From: Ruditapes philippinarum
Taxonomy: Eukaryota
Length of the DNA stretch: 64,000 nt
Assembly: GCF_026571515.1 (NCBI RefSeq)
Contig: NW_026852181.1
Coordinates: 62,001-126,000, forward strand
Reading direction: 5' to 3'
Shown here: piece by piece, positions 39,049-52,300 of the stretch
Layout: each line of letters starts with the position of its first letter
Position numbering within the stretch: the first letter of the stretch is position 1
The notes under the pieces: model-generated
What the model was told of the DNA's origin: nothing
Databases searched by the model: none
Seen by the model: the letters and a program-made list of their open reading frames with translations, nothing else
Program-made: the position numbers and the translations under genes

Positions 39049-40943
39049 TAATTTTGACCGAACGTGAGATCCAATACATACAAACATAAAATCTGCATTT
39101 CTCTTGTAGATCAGCTTGAACACTTAAAACAAATTGAAAAAGCAAAACATAATTTAGAAATGTATACATAAATAACTTATGATGTCCAATTCGGGAAAGC
39201 GTACTTTAAAAAAAACAATTTTCACCTAATTGTGTTTTCTCTTCAGGTGGGAATATTTAAAATTTTTCTCTTTATTAAACTTAAAAAATTTATGTTTGTC
39301 CTTTCTAAAGAAGTGAAACTTAATTCATTTATTGGGCATAATGTACCTTTGATAAGAAACGTTTGACAGTGTGAGTTTTACAAACCTACATTTTGTAGAC
39401 AGAGCTTCGTGTATAAAATTGTACAGTTCCAGATGCAGATTTGAACTTTAAAATCAGTTGGCCTAGATTTCAACATAATGCCTGTCTTTTACCTATACTT
39501 ATCATCAGTCCTCTGATATTTTGAAGCTTTATATAGGGCAATCATGACCCTCTTGAATAATTCCATATATTTCTATGTTACAATTATTTTTAAATTAGTA
39601 ATGCTTATAGTGTAAGCATTGGTCAGATAGATTATTGACAACATAAGAAAATAATGTTAGTGTTGCGTGAACGCTCTAACTTGATAATGTAACACATGTA
39701 AATTGTACAAAAAAGATGAAACGTCAAAATATGTCACTTCATAATTTTTTAAAATTCATTTCTAGCATGAAAGTTAACACAGATTATAGTAAAATGATAT
39801 TGTTTGCATGCTTGTTTGTAATTCGTTTTCAACCGGGATACCCGTACTCAAGTACTTAAGTACCAAATGACCGCCAATAACTCGGAAAAGCTTATTTGTA
39901 AGATATAACAATTAGATTTTAGATTATCATTGTCGTGTCATAATGATATAATGTGACAAACTCATATTTATATTATGAACAAACAACTTCATACACCTGA
40001 TGCTAAGCTATGATAGATATGTCGGAACATACGATATGGTGCACTTGTCAAAGTTCATTTGCTTTTCGTATCCTATCAATATTTCGACTGAAAAACAGAT
40101 CGTATAATTAACAATCTATGTAAACATTCTTTCAAAATACTTACTTACAAGTACAAAATATTTGTATTGCTACATTTGATAAAAGGAATTGTAACCTAAC
40201 AGCAATATTTAACAATATGAAATAAATGAGCATGTTTGCAGTATTTATTTGCCCTTTGACATATATCAGCAAAGTAGTATATATTTGGGTAATGTTTTGG
40301 TAGTGATCTTCGGTGTATATGAACTCCGTGAAAGTTATAAGAAGAATATCTGATAAGCTATCATAAGAACTCCCTCTTCCGTGGTCATATTTTGTGTTGT
40401 ATATTAAAAAAAAAAATAATACACCAATTAAATCTTTTAAAAGCTTCTTGATATTACTAGAAATCTGGGTTTTATCTTAAAAATACACAGATGTACAGCG
40501 GATGCATTTTTTTCTTTTAAATGTGCACTTTACTTTTACTTAATTAGTACATATTTTAAAAGATTTTTATCTTGAACGAGGAAACATTTGTTTGTCTACA
40601 CTTTATCATTTTGTTTATCTTACACCCATTTTGAATACGAAGTATTGATAGTTTATTGGGTAACATAATTAGATTAATTACAACATGCCTAATGAACGGT
40701 AATAGAAATACTTAAAATGAACTATATTGCGTGTAAATATTTGTATCTTTATTGTAACGTAGAGCGTCTTGAAATGGAAGTTTATGTCATAAAATTAGTT
40801 GAACAATTTGAATTGATGATACACAAACTGCATTAACTAGTACAATCCGATTATATCTTTTATAAATGTTTTAATGCCATTTCAGTCTTTAAGTTTTCTA
40901 TATTTAGCTTAAAGATCCTGTAACTCAATTGTTTATGGTTATA

Positions 40944-42245
40944 CGAGGGTCATTCAATAAATAATGTAACCATCTTAATAACTTTTAAACTTATGATTCG
41001 AATTCCATAAAAATTTACATCACTATGCGTCAATCTATTGTCGATTTTTTCACAAGTTTGATGACGTCATATCATGTGACGTCATCACAGCGTGACGTTA
41101 AATGACGTCACTTAAAGCGTCATGGCCGCGTTCACGTCGCAGGAACAGCGCAGTTACATCAAAATTGAAGTTCAACGTAAGAAAAGCGCAAACAAAGATA
41201 TCCAATGCATTACAGGAAGCTTGCGACACCTATACTCTTTCGTATGTACAAGTTACTAGATGGGTGAAAGAATAAAAGGACGGCAGGGACAGTGTTAAAG
41301 ATAACCATCGACCAGGGAGAAATGTTACAGCTACTGACTCGTATAGTACGGTCCAGGTAAAAAAAGCTTAAATAAAGACAGAAGGATATCGTGTAAAAGA
41401 TTGGCACAGGAACTGGAAATAAGTGTAGGGTCGGTTCATACAATTATTCGAAACCATTTAAAATGCGCAAGGTTTCAGCAAGATGGGTGCAACATCGCTT
41501 GACGTCGGAGCAGGCAGAACGGCGTTTGAAAATCGCTACTAACCATCTTTCACGGTTAAGTAAAGAGGGCAGAGACTTTTATCAAGAATTGTGGCTATTG
41601 ATTAAACTTGGTTAAGATCGTATGAGCCAGAGTTTAAAAGACAATTGGCTAAGTGGCATACTCCTAAATCTCCGAGGCCAGCAAAGTTTAGACATGTACT
41701 GTCAAAACTTAAGATGCTGATGATATTTGCATACGATATCCATGGTGTATTGACAAGTCATAAAGTGCAAAGTAGAAAAATTACCAATGGCAAGTACTAT
41801 GAGGAGTACCTTAAAAACACCTAAAACCAGCGATTCGAAAAAAGCGTCCTGAGCTTTAAGCGGCTATCCAATAATCCTTCATGACAACGCAACGGCACAC
41901 GGTGTAAAGGGGTTGACGTCACTGTTTCAGTCATACGGAAGGGAACTATTAGCTCCCCCACCTTATTCCCTGGATATTAGCCCCTGTCACTATGAATTAT
42001 TTCCCAAGCTGAAAGAAAATATGAGAGGAATACGTAACGACGACCTAGACGAGCTTGAAGTTGCCGTGGTCGAGCAGATGAGCGCGGTTGCCTAGCAACG
42101 GGAATAGAAGACCTGTCGAAGCGCTGGACATCGGTCGTTGACCACAAGGGATATTACTTTGAAGGATTATTATAAGGTAAGAATGATATCTTATGCTATT
42201 AAGAAATTATTTAGTAAGTTTCATTATTTATTGAATGACCCATTG
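40944..42245 (+). mobile_element. Full-length (~1.3 kb) decayed mariner transposon with TA target duplication
   Basis: TIRs CGAGGGTCATTCAATAAATAATGTAAC / GTTTCATTATTTATTGAATGACCCATTG, flanked by TA at 40942-43 and 42246-47. Confidence 0.93.
41122..42175 (+). pseudogene. Mariner transposase pseudogene
   Basis: MAAFTSQEQRSYIKIE..; MRKVSARWVQHRL (WVPHxL); RIVAID*TW (DETW); ILHDNATAH; PPYSLDISPCHY (YSPDLAPxD); KGYYFEG. Several stops and frameshifts. Confidence 0.92.
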
Positions 42246-42347
42246 TATATCATAAATATAATGCTCAAATGAAGTTTATCAATATTGTAAGTTAAAAAAA
42301 AACAACATTATTTGTAAAGATATTACCGAATTTACATTTCATGTTAA

Positions 42348-43939
42348 AGACGTTTTCGGTAGTTTTCTGTGCGCATCGTTATGCGCTTCCAAGAAAGATA
42401 ATCACGGATAATTACTCTTCAAATGAAGGTCAAGTTGAATAATATTTGGATAAGTGTTTAAATTTCGGCTATAAGCAAATAATGAGTAAATAATACAGAA
42501 TAGATATTTCTAAATGTTAAAAAGGAGATCGGTTCAAAAAGATAAAAGGTCGTTTAGACAACATCACATAAAGGATTTCTCCAAGCATAAGTACGACAGC
42601 ATTGATGATAATTCTGCGCGCGTTACCCCACCCACTTGTGGTATAGTGACGAAAGTGCGTCGCGACTTGATTACTGGCAGACAACTGAGCAAAGAAGTTT
42701 AAAATGATATATTTTAAAAGTGTTGAATAAAAAACAAAATTAATATCTCAGAAATGTTCCGAATTTCATTATTTTCTTTGTAAATTTCTGAATACTTGCT
42801 TACTGTTCGGGTATGTTAGTCGAGTGAAAAAAATAATATGGCCCTAGATATGTTTTAAAAAGATATTCAGTATCATATCTACTTAATATAACATCAAAAA
42901 AAAGAGAAGTTTTTATTACAACATGTTTTTGTTGTATATTTGACAATACATTTAGTATAACACTGATATTTCTTAAGAAAGTGTGGTAATTTTGACAGTT
43001 GGCATATGCGGTAACCATGGAAACTGACCGTTTACAAACAACTAACACGTCAACATATATATTTTATTTCTATTTTTGAATCCACTATCAAATGTTACTT
43101 GATATATCAATAATGTAAAAAATTCTATGAAAGAAATTTCTTGATAGCTTTAATTTTTTTACAGAATTCATGTTTATTTTTCTCATTTTTTGTTTAGTTA
43201 AAAAGCATGAAAACTTATTTTTTAAAGAAATATGTTCCAATTATCGTTTGTTTTATACAGAACCCTAAGATAAAGCAAGCTTTGTATAAAATTATGTTTA
43301 TTGTGAGTGTAATAAGCTATTTTATACATTACTATAACACAGTTTGGCTATTTTGACAATTTTGAGATATTCGGTTACCATGGAAACTGCCATTTTTCAA
43401 AAAATCCAACACGCCAACATATATTTTTCTTTTTCTTTTTGAATATGTTATTGTTGTGCTTAAGACTAATAAAAAAAAATATATATATATATTAAATTTT
43501 ACACAACATACAAAAAAATTAGAAAATCCTATGAAACACTTTTTCCAATATCTCTAATTATTCTCAGAATTCATGTTTATTTTTCTCATTTTTTGTTCGG
43601 TTGAGGAACATGGAAAACTCATTTTTTAAAGAAATATGCTCAGATTATCATTTGTTTCATACAGAATCATTAGATAAGATTATCTTTGCATAAAACAATG
43701 CTCGTTGTGTGTTTTAAGCTATCTTATACATTTTCTATTCATTATAACACAGTTAGGCTATTTTGACAGTTTTTAGATATACGGTTACCATGGAAACTGC
43801 CATTTTACAAGAAATCCAACACGTCAACATATATTTTTCTTTTTATTTTTAAATTCTTCATTATATTTTACTCATCATACAAAAAATTTAGAAAATTCTA
43901 TGAAAGGATTAATTTTTCATAAAACTGTAGAAAATGTCT
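42348..43939. mobile_element. Kolobok-type non-autonomous DNA transposon (TTAA TSD, AG..CT termini)
   Basis: TTAA|AGACGTTTTCGGTAGTTTTCTG ... CATAAAACTGTAGAAAATGTCT|TTAA: imperfect 22-bp TIR. No ORF. Confidence 0.75.
42985..43905 (+). repeat. Internal tandem repeat (~2.4 units, periods 363 and 410 bp) inside the Kolobok-type element
   Basis: TTTTGACA..CGGT(A/T)ACCATGGAAACTG..CAACATATAT at ~42990, ~43351 and ~43760. Confidence 0.85.
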
Positions 43940-45877
43940 TTAATAAAGGGAGGTTTTAAAAAATCTATTTTCTATAAAGTTTAAGCCAATTTTTTTCAAA
44001 AAAGAAATGAATGCATATATTTTAATAATTACATATAAAGTGGACAATTTGATAATTGATTCTTTTTGATAATTGATTTGAAATAAGGCTTTATGATTCT
44101 TTTAAGAAATCGACATTTTTATTTGATAATAGAAACAACTACAGATTAAGTTAAAGTTTATATGATTTTTTTAACGTTTATAATATTCATTTTATCATAT
44201 CCAGGTCAAATAAATGACTTTTGTAGGTAGGTTTTATCTTTATGAAAGATCATAACAGCTCATTTATTAGATAATGGACATTTGAAAACAATGAAATATT
44301 CTGGCGGCATACAAATCTTAAACTACATGTTCTAATATCATAATATTCCAATAAAATAAAAGTAAAGACTAATGAACTGACTGTAGACTGTATACATCAA
44401 ATCACCTAAAATCTTTAAAACAATACAGAAATAGGAATTACGAAAAGCGATATTAACGTAGATTTGAATTCTGGATGTTATGTAAGTCTCATGCTAACAC
44501 TGAGATGAATCATTGTATTATATATGTTTAACTTGTATTGACCGATGTGTTAAGGGTGGATACAAAAGGAATTACCTTTATGTTTTAGCTTGGTTGAACG
44601 TATCATTTTATTGAAAAAGTTTTTAAATTATGTTTTGCTTATTTTGGTAATTTTACTTGACAAAATATAATCTGTAATTTGTTTCCTTTTTATATATTGA
44701 TTTCTATATTAACGATATAGATGTAACAAAATCTTTTTCCACTTAAAGTATTTTTGCAAAATTTAAATTACACTTTATATATGTTCAATCATTAAGATTC
44801 ACAAATAAATAATTATACTTGTTCAGTGTGTATTTTATCTATAATCATGTTTTTGTTGTCATTAGTTAGGTTGTCTTTATAGAATAAATCTATCATTACC
44901 TATATATATGTTAGTCATTAACAAACTATCTGGAATATAAACACATTGACAACAAGAATGAATATTTTCTCCAATGAGCAATTCAAATTAACTCACATGA
45001 CATTTTCTGTTCATAATTGTTATATTCATTTGTCACATATTAATCAACTATGTTGAGTTATAAAAAAAGGTTGCAAATCATCTATGTTTGTTAGATAGTC
45101 AGTAGTTTATTACAAGCAAACATTAGATAAATATCGCAGTAGCGTGATGTGTCAAATCGTACCAAGACATATATGTCTGTTCCTTGTAAGTTAATATTAG
45201 GAGATAATGAAATAATACCGGTTGGCATGTGTATTTGATGTATTCTTGTCTGGTATATATATGTTTATTAGTTCTTATGCAAATGTATAGAAAATTCAAT
45301 AATTAACAATGCTTGAATTATATACATATTTTCAGAAATGAGCTTAAAATCACAGATCTAAACTCTATTATCAAAATTTTAACAATATATAATTTGATTT
45401 TGCTCTTTCAAAATTATGTCGGTTTACCATTTGGAAAAAGATAGGCTGCTCAGATGTTAGCATCTGCAACATATCTTATGCCCCTTCAATCCGTTGTGAA
45501 ACTGATATCTTCAATACTAAGATAAAGGGGATATTTGTTTCAGAAGGAAATATTTTACATTTCGTGAATACCGGACGATAATTCTTCATGAATGGCGTAA
45601 CTATTACACAGTGGAATCACACTTTATCCTGACTGATTAACAATGTAATAAATAGCATTTAGGTAAACAAGAAAAGGATAGAGGGTTAATGCACTTTTTT
45701 CGTGTACCTGTATTTTGTATGAAGAAAGTATTGCATTTTATCTCGGTAAATCATCTTTATTATAAAATACATCTTGTTGTGTATATCATGAGCACGAGAT
45801 ATGTATTCACTGATATATTTATAACAGTGACAATATTAATGTAAAGATCTCCGTAGAAATGTTCTTTTGTATATATA

Positions 45878-46071
45878 TTTGTGTTGGGTTTTACCAACAC
45901 GGTAAAAGTCAAATAGCAACTTTCAAGCTTTTCGAGGAATACCTTAAATGCCCTTCTGTGCATAATCACAGCACGAATAGGCACCTGAGTAAAACTACCG
46001 ACGTCCGTAGGCTAGCTCGTGATTCGATCAACAGCGTTTGAAGGCAACGACTTAACCACTCGGCCAATGAC
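45878..46071 (-). mobile_element. Degraded tRNA-derived SINE (MetaSINE-like body, recalled similarity)
   Basis: Minus strand: box A TGGCCGAGTGG, box B-like GATCGAATC, body GCTAGCCTACGGACGTCGGTAGTTTTACTCAGGTGCC..ATGCAC, A-rich end AAAACCCAACACAAATA. Confidence 0.75.
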
Positions 46072-48225
46072 TTTCTTCCTTTGTATTTGGTAAGTATTTG
46101 GTCTAAGTAAGTGATGCTGTTTGTAAAAGCGTTTTACCAATTTTCAATTAACCATTGTGTCTAGCTCTTACTAAAAAATTTCTAAAGTATCAGACTGATG
46201 TTTTATGTTGTTCCACTGGCCGAAAAGAAACACATATAAAAGAATTTCCAATTTCACGAAAATGTTGATATGAAACTGCTTTGTTGCGATATTACTACTG
46301 ATAATAAACAATGTCATACTGTATGTATAAATAAAGCAAATTGAAAGATTTATTACATAACGCATTACTTCCTACTTGCAATAGTATAATGCAAAATGCA
46401 CCAGCTCTCTGTCTTATATTGCTAGGGGTTACTGACAATAGATTACATTTTAGACAGGCCTAACCCAACCGAGTATGGGACCTTTGTTATATTTTGCTGT
46501 TAATCTTAGCTAAAACCTTTCATGTAACAAGTTCTCCAGTTATGTATTTCGTTGATTTATATCAAATAATATACTGTGAGGGATACCAACCCGCGAGTGT
46601 AATGCAATTGTGCGGCGTTATTGTATATTGATGTCAACCGGTGAAATTCGCTTCACGAAATATCTGTCCTTTTATCAATCTAAATTTGTCTTTAGATAGG
46701 CTTTTTTTATAAGAGCATACATTGGCTCAGTCATTTATTTTCTTCAAATCAAACCAGAACACTTACATCAAATGCGGTGGTTTTCCGTTTTATCTTAAGG
46801 TATTTACCACGGATGTTCACTTCCGTTTAATTATCTTACTGTGAATCAAATAAGGCTTAACAGAGGAAAGTAATACACTTTTAAATCAGAATTTAAGTTA
46901 AGATTCAGAAATATGGCGCTAACGCTGGTGCAATAATCTCTAACATAATAGCATAAATAGTGACTGGTGCCAGATTCTGGACGATTTACGAGCTCAATAA
47001 GATTCGGGGGTTTGAAGTTATTGTAATGCAACATCAAGTTGTTTTGGAATACGATGGTTACATTAGCCCAGTTACAATGACAAAGCCTTATAGACTCCAA
47101 TTGATTCGATTTGAAAATAATCATATCGTAATTGATAACATGACAATATACTTTCTTAATATCAACGTGTGCTTATCTGAAATTCGAACCATATACAATG
47201 TACATAGGAAAATATCGATTTGTTTCAAATCGTCTTTCGTATTGTTTTACCTATGTCTGAAAGTAACTGTACATTTTGGTTCGGTGTCTTATAATAAACA
47301 ATTATGTATGGCAGAGTCAAAGATAATATACCGTCTGTCATGTGGTGTTGTGTGATACCGATATATATGGATATATGTTTGCAATTAAAAAAAATGAAAA
47401 ATTCACGACTTTTGATATAAGCATTATATATACTATGCGAACCTAGAATTGTTCAGAAATCTTTAAAGTTTGATTTATGAAAACCTCTGTGAATATCCTA
47501 CCGTAACAAACTAACTGACCAATTTACTAAATATTATTTAATGACAAATCATCGCAAGCAGTCAAGTAGGACCGCATTTTATTAAACACAAAAAAGGACA
47601 AATTAATCACGCGTTCTTCTACGAGTGCAAAAGAATGTTACCTATTTCATCGTTACAATGATCAAAATATGTGTAATGTTACAAAACTTGTACCTCAATT
47701 CAGTAAATGTAATACTAAAACAGACTGACATATCACAAAGTTGACGTTTTATGTTGTAATGATGTCCTCTGGGAAATTTGTACAATTATGGTACTATCCC
47801 TTTAATAACTCGTATAAGATATGGAGACAGCAAATGATAATACAATGTCTGGCATATTTATTATACGTACATACAAAAGCGTGGACAAAATACATTGAAA
47901 AAAAAACATACATTATTCCTAAATACTTTTAAGTAAGAAATGTTATTAGTTTGAATAGGAATTTAGGATGTTATAAACATAAGTTAAAATTTTTAATTTG
48001 GTTAATCATATATTAAGAGCGTTATTTGTATAAACATTATGATGCTATGGTAGTTTCCATGAGTATTAGATGCTAAAGACAATCGTTTGGCTTTGGATAA
48101 AATATCGACATGTACATATCGTGTTTTAAGAAAAGATGTGTCAATTAAAAAAGAAAATGTAAAACGTGACATGTGAAGTATTAATTTACAAAAGCTTAAC
48201 AATAATTTGATTCGTAAGAATTTAC

Positions 48226-49339
48226 AACAAGAGCACCGCTAGGCGGAGCATTATATGCCCGACAATGTTGTTGTTTTTTTAGTAAGGATGAAGCATTTGT
48301 TAGACATTACATAAATTAAATAAAGTATTACCTCCTCCAAATAGCAATCCTCCTATAAAGTTTGAATATTGTGGGCCAAATGGAACTTAAGTTATGCTCT
48401 GGAAACTGTTTTCATTTTTGAGGTAATAGCGATCTTGAACTTTGACCTTGTGACCTCAAAAGCAATAGGGGTGTTCAACCCAATATGGACAATCATCCTA
48501 TGAAGTAATAGTGACCTTGACCTTTGAACTTGTGACCCCAAAATCAATTGGGGTCTTCTACCTAATATGGACAATTATCCTATGAAGTTTGAATATGTGG
48601 GCCATATGGAACTTAAGTTATGCTCCGGAAACTGTTTTCAGTTTTAAAGTAATAGTGAAATGCTCCGGTTTTAAAGTAATAGTGACCTTGACATTTGATC
48701 TTGTGACCCCAAAATCAATAGGGACCTTCTACCCAATATGGACAATAATCCTATGAAGTTTGAATATTGTGGGACAAATAAACCTAAAGTTATGCTCCGG
48801 AAACTGTTTTCAGTTTTAAGGTAAAAGTGACCTTGACCTTCGACCTTGTGACCCAAAATCATTAGGGGTCTTCTACCCAATATGGACAATCATCCTATGA
48901 AGTTTGAATATTATGGGCCACATTGAACTTAAGTTATGCTCCGGAAACTGCTTTCAGTTTTAAAGTAATAATGACCTTGACCTTCGACCGTGTGACCCTC
49001 AATCAATAGGGGTCTTCTACCCAATATGGACAATCATCCTATGAAGTTTGAACACTGTGGGCCGAACGGAACTTAAGTTACGCTCCGGAAACTGTTTTCA
49101 GTTTTTAGGTGATAGTGACCTTGACCTTTTACCTTGTGACACCAAAATCAATAGGGGTCTTCTACCTAATATGAACAATCATCCTATGAAGTTAGAATAT
49201 TGTAGGCCAAAAGGAACTTAAGTTCTGCTCCGGAAACCAAATTGCTAACGGACGGACGGATAGACAGACAGACAGACAGACGGACGGACACCAGGGGGCA
49301 TAACATAATATGCCCAAAAATTTTTCGGGCATATAAAAA
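48226..49339 (-). mobile_element. HINE/Helentron-type element with ~6 monomers of ~145 bp and (GGAC/AGAC)n
   Basis: Minus-strand 5' TTTTTATATGCCCGA plus hairpin; microsatellite 49248-49290; monomers with TGACCTTGACCTT; 3' subTIR TCGGGCATATAA, hairpin GCTCCGC-CTA-GCGGTGC, then CTTGTT. Empty site is the A-run at ~16379-16386 in copy A. Confidence 0.88.
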
Positions 49340-52300
49340 CTATTCTTGAATGATGGAATTTTCAGCAAATATCAGACCAATGTCAGTAGTATGTACATTA
49401 TAATTACAAACATTTTAATATTCGTACATTTCATGTTAAAAAGAAAAGTAAAATTATTCTACAAATGTTTTAGAAATGTAGTTAAATATGATCATTGTGA
49501 CACATTTTACCCCAGATATAATTTCAACTAACTAATAGCATCCAAAGAGAGGAAATGAAATAATGATAAATATATATACTAAGGAAAAGTTCCGAATAGA
49601 TCTTTGAAAGATGCTGGTCTTGTTTTATTCGAACAGCTAAGATTATAACTTTTACAAACCGTAACACTGACTAAAATTGTTAATTAAATTGTTAAACAAC
49701 TGAGAAATCAAACTATGAATTTATCTTCTTTGAACATTCTTTTTGTGCATTTTGCTATTTAAATATTCCGATTCATCCTGCATACATAAGTAACATAAAA
49801 AGTAAAAGTCTTTAAAATCCCTCGAATGAGACCAGACGATTGAGCACAAGCCATGTGCAAGTTGGAAACAGGAATGTCATGACGGCAGATAAAAATTAAT
49901 AATAATCGATGAAATTCTTCACGATAACACAAAAGTTGATAACTAACCACAGCAAAGACAACAATATAAAATTTGTTGTTCTTTATTGTTTTATTTTTAA
50001 TTTACAAGGCATGAAATGTTGCTGTTTTGTCGGGTCTTAATCGAGGCATTCTAAAGACTTTTTACTTGTCTTTTTATGCAACACGTTTGGCAATTCCCAA
50101 TACAATCTTATTTTAGAAGAATTTTAATATGTGAATAGCAAAATGCACAAGAATGAACGCTGCTTTGTAGCTATTGTAAGTATGTAACTTTATATTCTTA
50201 ACTTTAACAATGAAAATGTGATAAACATTTTTCAAAGGTCAAGTTGACACTTGTGCTAACTGTATGTAGTTTACTGTTCATACATCTTAGATGTATATTA
50301 ATGTACCAACACAAACATATACATTGTAAGCTTTAAAGATTAACACATATATCTCATTCACCTGTGTAGTTAATGGTAGAAACTGGTTGTCTTGAAACAT
50401 TTCGTTGCTATTGTTGTGTCGTTTTAAGTGAATTTATACATGAATGCGAGTTCTAAATATATCACATATAACAAAACACATTTCTTCTAAAAAGACATAA
50501 ATGCATTGGGACCATTAATAAGAAATACAGTGACAAACATAACCTTGGAACTGAATAAGCAGAAGACGAACATTGATCCAACAAATGGTTATCAATTACT
50601 AAAGAAAAGGTTTTACGTTACATTTTCATTAACAACCGACAGACATGTGATGGTCTAAAATCGTCTTTATAATAGAATCCCGATCATTTAATAATGTCGA
50701 GTAATGATTCAGTGGTGAAATAACTCCAGAATATGCTTGTCTGTTTGTTTAAAGATATCATTACAAAATATGTCTTTTTCATGGGAAGAATGCATCAAGC
50801 GCTGATACTGCCTTCCGGTAACATTGTATTTGACTCATGTCATCACTTGAAAGCTTTGATTAATACACCGGGAAATGTTACATGATCCGATAAAAAGATG
50901 TTTGTCTTGTTTAGATACTGTAAGCCATCAACGTCATTTCAAGAAGACATTAAATGCATTGAAATTTTTTTATGAAGAAATACAAAGAGTATTGTTTCAG
51001 GAAAACTGAATATTTATCAGTGGAAAACATAACTTGAAACAGCCTTAACTAACTAAGTAAATGTGATAAGCATCAGTGCTATTTACGAAACGAAGATAAT
51101 ACAAATGTTAAACATATTTGGAGCGTTTAAAATGTATAAAGTAATCCATGTCCGCATCAATAGTGTGTTCCTTTTTTCCCAAAGTAACAAGAAGATGGTA
51201 ATTGTTAGAAATTAAGCTAAAATAATGTGTTTATTACATAAATTTACTTTAGTAATATTTAAAGGTTTTAGACCTGATAACATGTTACGGGCTAGCGATA
51301 TAAAACATATATCGAGCCGTTATAATCATTTCAATAATTTCAAAACCACGGGACAGCTAAATATCCTCAAGATTTTAAATTATACCGGCATTTGTTAGTT
51401 ATACATGAATGTCGTGTGTACAAACTCTTATTATATTATAGACATAGTATGAAGCTTTGTCTTGGATACCTGATTCAATTATAATTATATGTGTAGACAA
51501 TTGCAGATTCGTTCGGAAAATGTATTGTCTATTGTTTGTTTGCTTTGATAAAGCTAACCGTTTAAGTAGAGAGGAAACATCATCATTGTTGTTTGCCATG
51601 AATATAGCTATTACACCAGATCTATTGATTCTTTATACAGAATACACAATGCAGTAGCTCAATTTAGATTTTTAGATGAGATATTATATATTTTGACAAC
51701 AAAAACTTAATAATTAATCGTTTAACGAGACTGTTCATTTATTTCACTGCCGTTTACATCCTTTTATACGTATGTTGCTCAATTGCAAATTCTTTTAATA
51801 TTTATTTTGCATTCTATGGATAATAATGCTTAGTGTTGTTTTGATACATTATCATATGTTACTTAATTTTGTGATCATCGATCATTCATAAATTACAACG
51901 GTAATGGTAAAAGGGGATTTTTTTTATGTGATCCTGATTTTAAAAAAAGCAAAAATAAGAATAAATTCATCTTTAAATATTGTTTAACTTGAACTAATTC
52001 TTATTGGCCAGATTTAACGTATTTTGTCTTCTTGACTTTACTTGTGTAAGTCACATGCTACCTTTTCTGAGCGTATTCATATTATTGTTAATTAAATCGA
52101 CAAATCTCAAAACATTTTAAAAAAGGGCATTCTTTTGAGCTATCATATGAAGCTATTCAACCCATCCAAATAACAAATTCATGTAATATTCCTTATTTTT
52201 GTTGGGTTTTTTTAAAACAAAAAAAAAAACCAACAAAAAACCAAACGGTATTTCAATTGTAATCGTATGTAGAGGAGATTAAAATATATCACATCTTGTC

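Larger units (their letters stand above)
20940..51120 (+). repeat. Segmental duplication, copy B (expanded by insertions)
   Basis: Same anchors as copy A, interrupted by HINEs, LINE, mariner, Kolobok-type element, SINE and a 1.26-kb tandem duplication. Confidence 0.9.
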
